DNA from: Octopus sinensis
Lineage: Eukaryota
Reading direction: 5' to 3'
DNA length: 64,000 nucleotides
Assembly (NCBI RefSeq): GCF_006345805.1
Contig: NW_021832602.1
Span: 1-64,000 of the forward strand
The position numbers were made by a program, and so were the translations under genes. Positions 60,732 through 64,000 of the stretch are shown piece after piece. Within the stretch, counting starts at the first letter, position 1, and each line of letters opens with the position of its first letter. The notes below the pieces were generated by a model that had not been told where the DNA came from, made no database searches, and saw only the letters and a program-made list of their open reading frames with translations.

Positions 60732-61477
60732 TTAGTTAATGTAATGATCAGTTTCGTGTTCGGATAAATTTTCAAAATAATTCCTTTTCTTTGATTCGTT
60801 AGGTGGATTTTGTCGAGTCTTGTTTACAATATGCTTCTTTGACCGAATGTGGTCCTTCACCGAATCCAGCCGACGGTAATCCAATATTTGATCACAGAAA
60901 AGACATTTGAGTTTGTTCTCGGTAACATAAACATCTTCCGGAAATTGAACGACTCGGTACTTGGCTGTCACTCTCCGAGAACCTTCACTACCTCGTCTCT
61001 TCAAAGAGCTATTCTTCATGGGGGATGTCTAGGCAAATAATCATCTATACAAATACTTGGTTGGGAGGAAAATTCATCATTCCCCCACTCAATAATAATT
61101 CGCTCAGTGGCAAGGTTTTCTCGGATATTGCCTCAGGATCTTGGTACGCCGTGTTAAATTCTGGACTCATAATCTTATCTGGGAGTTTGATGGGCTGGTC
61201 GGAGGGTTCCGGGCGAGATTGCATCGACTCCGCTAAGATTCCGCAGAAGATTGAGGTCCACCAACGCTTAAAGTTATCTTGATCTACAAAAATAAATGAG
61301 GTCACTCCAACCGTCTGTTATGGAGGACATGGTTTTTAACTCTGCCAATTTGTATTCAGCCCACAACACGAACTTTGGTCGTATATGGTCTGGTAGCTGA
61401 GAGAGGATGTCCATAAACTTTTCTTGTGCCTGTTGGAAGTCCATTCTAAAATCAGCAGGTGTTGCCACAACATGCAA
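60732..61477 (-). CDS. Three-exon gene with a C-terminal CGGBP1-type zinc finger
   Basis: VTAKYRVVQFPEDVYVTENKLKCLFCDQILDYRRLDSVKDHIRSKKH fits CGGBP1 ..DRV.EF...KLFC..C....R.S.I.DH.KSK.H; two ~28-nt GT-AG introns join the ORFs in frame. Confidence 0.7.
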
Positions 61478-61939
61478 ATGAGCAGCATGGCAACAAGCGC
61501 GTCATTCTTTCCGCTAATCAATGGCATGACCAACTGCCCATTAAAGGCCTAATTAGAGCTCAAAGGAAGGTTCAAATTAGCAATTAATGACCAACCGTTT
61601 AAAGCACAGAAAAAACTAAATTAACGTGAAATCGGTAACACGGCGTTTTAAATGAACGACAAATCGCCGATTGATTTAATAAAAATCACGATCGATTCGG
61701 TTTGGCCGCAATTTGCACCTTCCGTGGCACTCCAGTTAACAGATTTAGGATATAGAGTTCTCCGCTTGATATCTTTTGCGGAAGTCTATTTAATTAAAAC
61801 CCAAATTTATTAATGGGCTGCCAATTTTTAAACACACTTTCATCCGGTCAAATTGGTCAGTTTTAGAGAATTTAATATATGCTGATCTCTATTAACCTTG
61901 ACATATATGACATTCATTGTTTATTATTATTATTAATAA

Positions 61940-62090
61940 GCACACCGCAAAATAGCGTTAGTAAAGTTATCTCGCTTGTGCCACCCTCTCCTGGATGCGT
62001 TTTGTTAATCGCTTCCAGGTCCCTCTGTTCCTCGATAGTTCCCTCAGGTGCTCAAGATCGTCTGCTGATTTCAGCCCTTTTCCAGCATTC
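61940..62090 (-). mobile_element. RTE-like 3' end
   Basis: LKSADDLEHLRELSRNRGTWKRLTKRI*, same family as the 7000 and 7620 ends. Confidence 0.65.
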
Positions 62091-63169
62091 ATTGTTTAGC
62101 GACTACTTATCTGTATTTCTAAACTAACACTCGATATAATAACTGTTCAATAGATCTGTGTTATTGAAATGAATGTGAATATATTTTATTAAATTCTTTA
62201 AATATTTAATGTTATGTCTTAATTTGATTAATGCTGTGATGACATCCACAGCATTGATTACCCATACTGACCCCGTTCGATCACTGTAAGGCAGTTGTAG
62301 TGAAGTTGGATTGGGGATACTATTTTTGAATACTCAAAAAAATGTATTTAAATGAAATAAAAAATCTAACAAACCACCGAAAATTGGTATTTATTTGAGA
62401 TTGAATGATTCATTTTCTGTCGACATTATTTTTAATTGCATTGATGTTTTTGAAAAATTGAATATGCGTCTTCATTTCATATATTCAACTATGTGACTAA
62501 TATTGAAGTTTCTATCATCCTGATTACGGATTTATAATTAAGTTCCTTATTCTAAATATCAGTCGATCATAATCAGCACGGTATTTGTCAGTTTAATGGC
62601 TTTTTTGAGAATCGAAAAATAATTCATCATTAGTAAGTGAAAAAATGATAGTGGCCTACAAAAATGACAACGATTAACCCATGTTCGCTTAAAATATAAA
62701 GCCACGCAGCACAGTCCTATATGTCTCACAAATGGACTGGTGCATCAGCTCTAGCTCGTTTTCGAAAAGGTGAAGTCCACCTCAATGATAAAAATTTCCT
62801 CGGCGACGTTATTGTGGACCACAATGTCGGACAATAAACGAAATGTGTATTGGGGTCTACCTTAATCCACGCATTCGAGTTATCACACACTGATTGAACA
62901 CGATAAGTTTGTAATTTTCTGGATCGCCTTAACCACACTTATTGCGGAGTAGAAAATGGGGAGATCTCATCACCACGTTATGCTTTCATATATAAACATG
63001 GTAAAGACAACTAGACGCCAATATGGCGGTTGTCCATGCTGGGTAAAAGGGTTTTGTAAAGCATTTTTAGTTGATTTTTCCATTTGAAATACCCATAAGA
63101 CACTATTTGTTTATTCTTTATTTGTTTTTTGTAGACTATAATCAATCGATGAATCTTTTATAGCTCCGC

Positions 63170-63485
63170 ACACACAGAACATACACTTTATTTATAAGTA
63201 AAAAGTTTTCAAAATATGGCTCTTTGACTGATACCTGCTGCTTCATTCATCTGGCTTTCGAGACAAGTGGAATAATTGAACCCAAAGCTTCAAACTCCTC
63301 TCAGAGATTGGTTTAATCAGCTCGAGGAGGAGTCACGACAGTCGTGAAACGAGCTGGCTTTTTCAGCGGACATCGTTTGCAATTTTCACGTGGAAATTGC
63401 CTGTTCATCCGCTCGGCGACTCATCTAATTTAGTTAACTTCTCTTTTTTCTTGTTTCCATTAATTAACAAAAAAAACAAAAAAAA
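63170..63485 (+). mobile_element. CRE-like 3' end with A-rich tail
   Basis: HLAFETSGII..LLSEIG..RETSWLFQR. Confidence 0.85.
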
Positions 63486-63715
63486 ATTTTGCAGGGCCTC
63501 AAAATTACTTTCAACAGTTGTTTGAAACTATAATGCTTGAAACTTTTTGGATATCGCTATTAACCTTAAGTAGATAAATTCAAACAAGATTGGAATTTCA
63601 TTGTAGATTCCTTATTATTTATATAAATTAAACTTGCTAAGAAAGTTTTATGTGGCTAGACTTTTCTGGAAACAAGTGAGTTATAAATTACCTAATGGTC
63701 TCGCAAGAAGCTCGA

Positions 63716-63955
63716 CTAGCCTCGCGAATAGCGAAACCATTCACACGGATCACGGCGATCAACAGACGTTCCAAGAGCCAGGATGACTCTTTGAAATCGT
63801 GTCTTACTCTTGATATCCGTCGACCGAAGGAGCGAAAATCCCTGAAGACTCCAAAGCAATTGGGGTAAAAAAAGAGAATTCAAGAGGGGGCCGTACTTGA
63901 GAATCTTGCGATCCTCGACCAGCCTCGAAACGTGCCCAGGATCGACAGCGGACAA
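63716..63955 (-). mobile_element. CRE-like 3' fragment (56-kb subfamily)
   Basis: EDRKILKYG..GRRISRVRHD.KESSWLLERLLIAVIRVN. Confidence 0.8.
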
Positions 63956-64000
63956 GGCGAGTTAAAAAAGAGCTCCAGTTGAAAAAGATTAAAAACGCGT

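Overview
AT-rich eukaryotic, animal-like genomic DNA; no prokaryotic features, rRNA, credible tRNA or CRISPR array. About nine host genes are split by tiny (mostly 23-28 nt) GT-AG introns: ATG2, SMG7-like, eIF2B-epsilon, a choline-acetyltransferase-type enzyme, a long coiled-coil protein, TBC1D10-like, a myotubularin with a dead active site, a LAMTOR4/5-like roadblock protein and a CGGBP1-type zinc-finger gene. There is also a damaged, divergent histone H4. These sit in a dense, nested transposon graveyard: about 14 CRE-like RT-RLE fragments, RTE-, Jockey/I- and R4-like RT fragments, 3 Tc1 elements, pogo, hAT, MULE, a Ginger2-like element, a Helitron, a MITE and several tandem arrays. Tiny introns plus ChAT suggest a dicyemid-like parasite (inference only). 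Top leads: (1) G/C skew that flips every few hundred bases inside the ATG2 gene; (2) an MTM1/MTMR1/2-type pseudophosphatase; (3) a CRE element inserted into a gag ORF with a 12-bp palindromic duplication, apparently primed internally; (4) a 75-bp higher-order array open in one frame on each strand; (5) a spliced orphan gene with a CGGBP1-type finger. All homology calls come from motif recognition by eye, not searches, and the edges of decayed elements are approximate.
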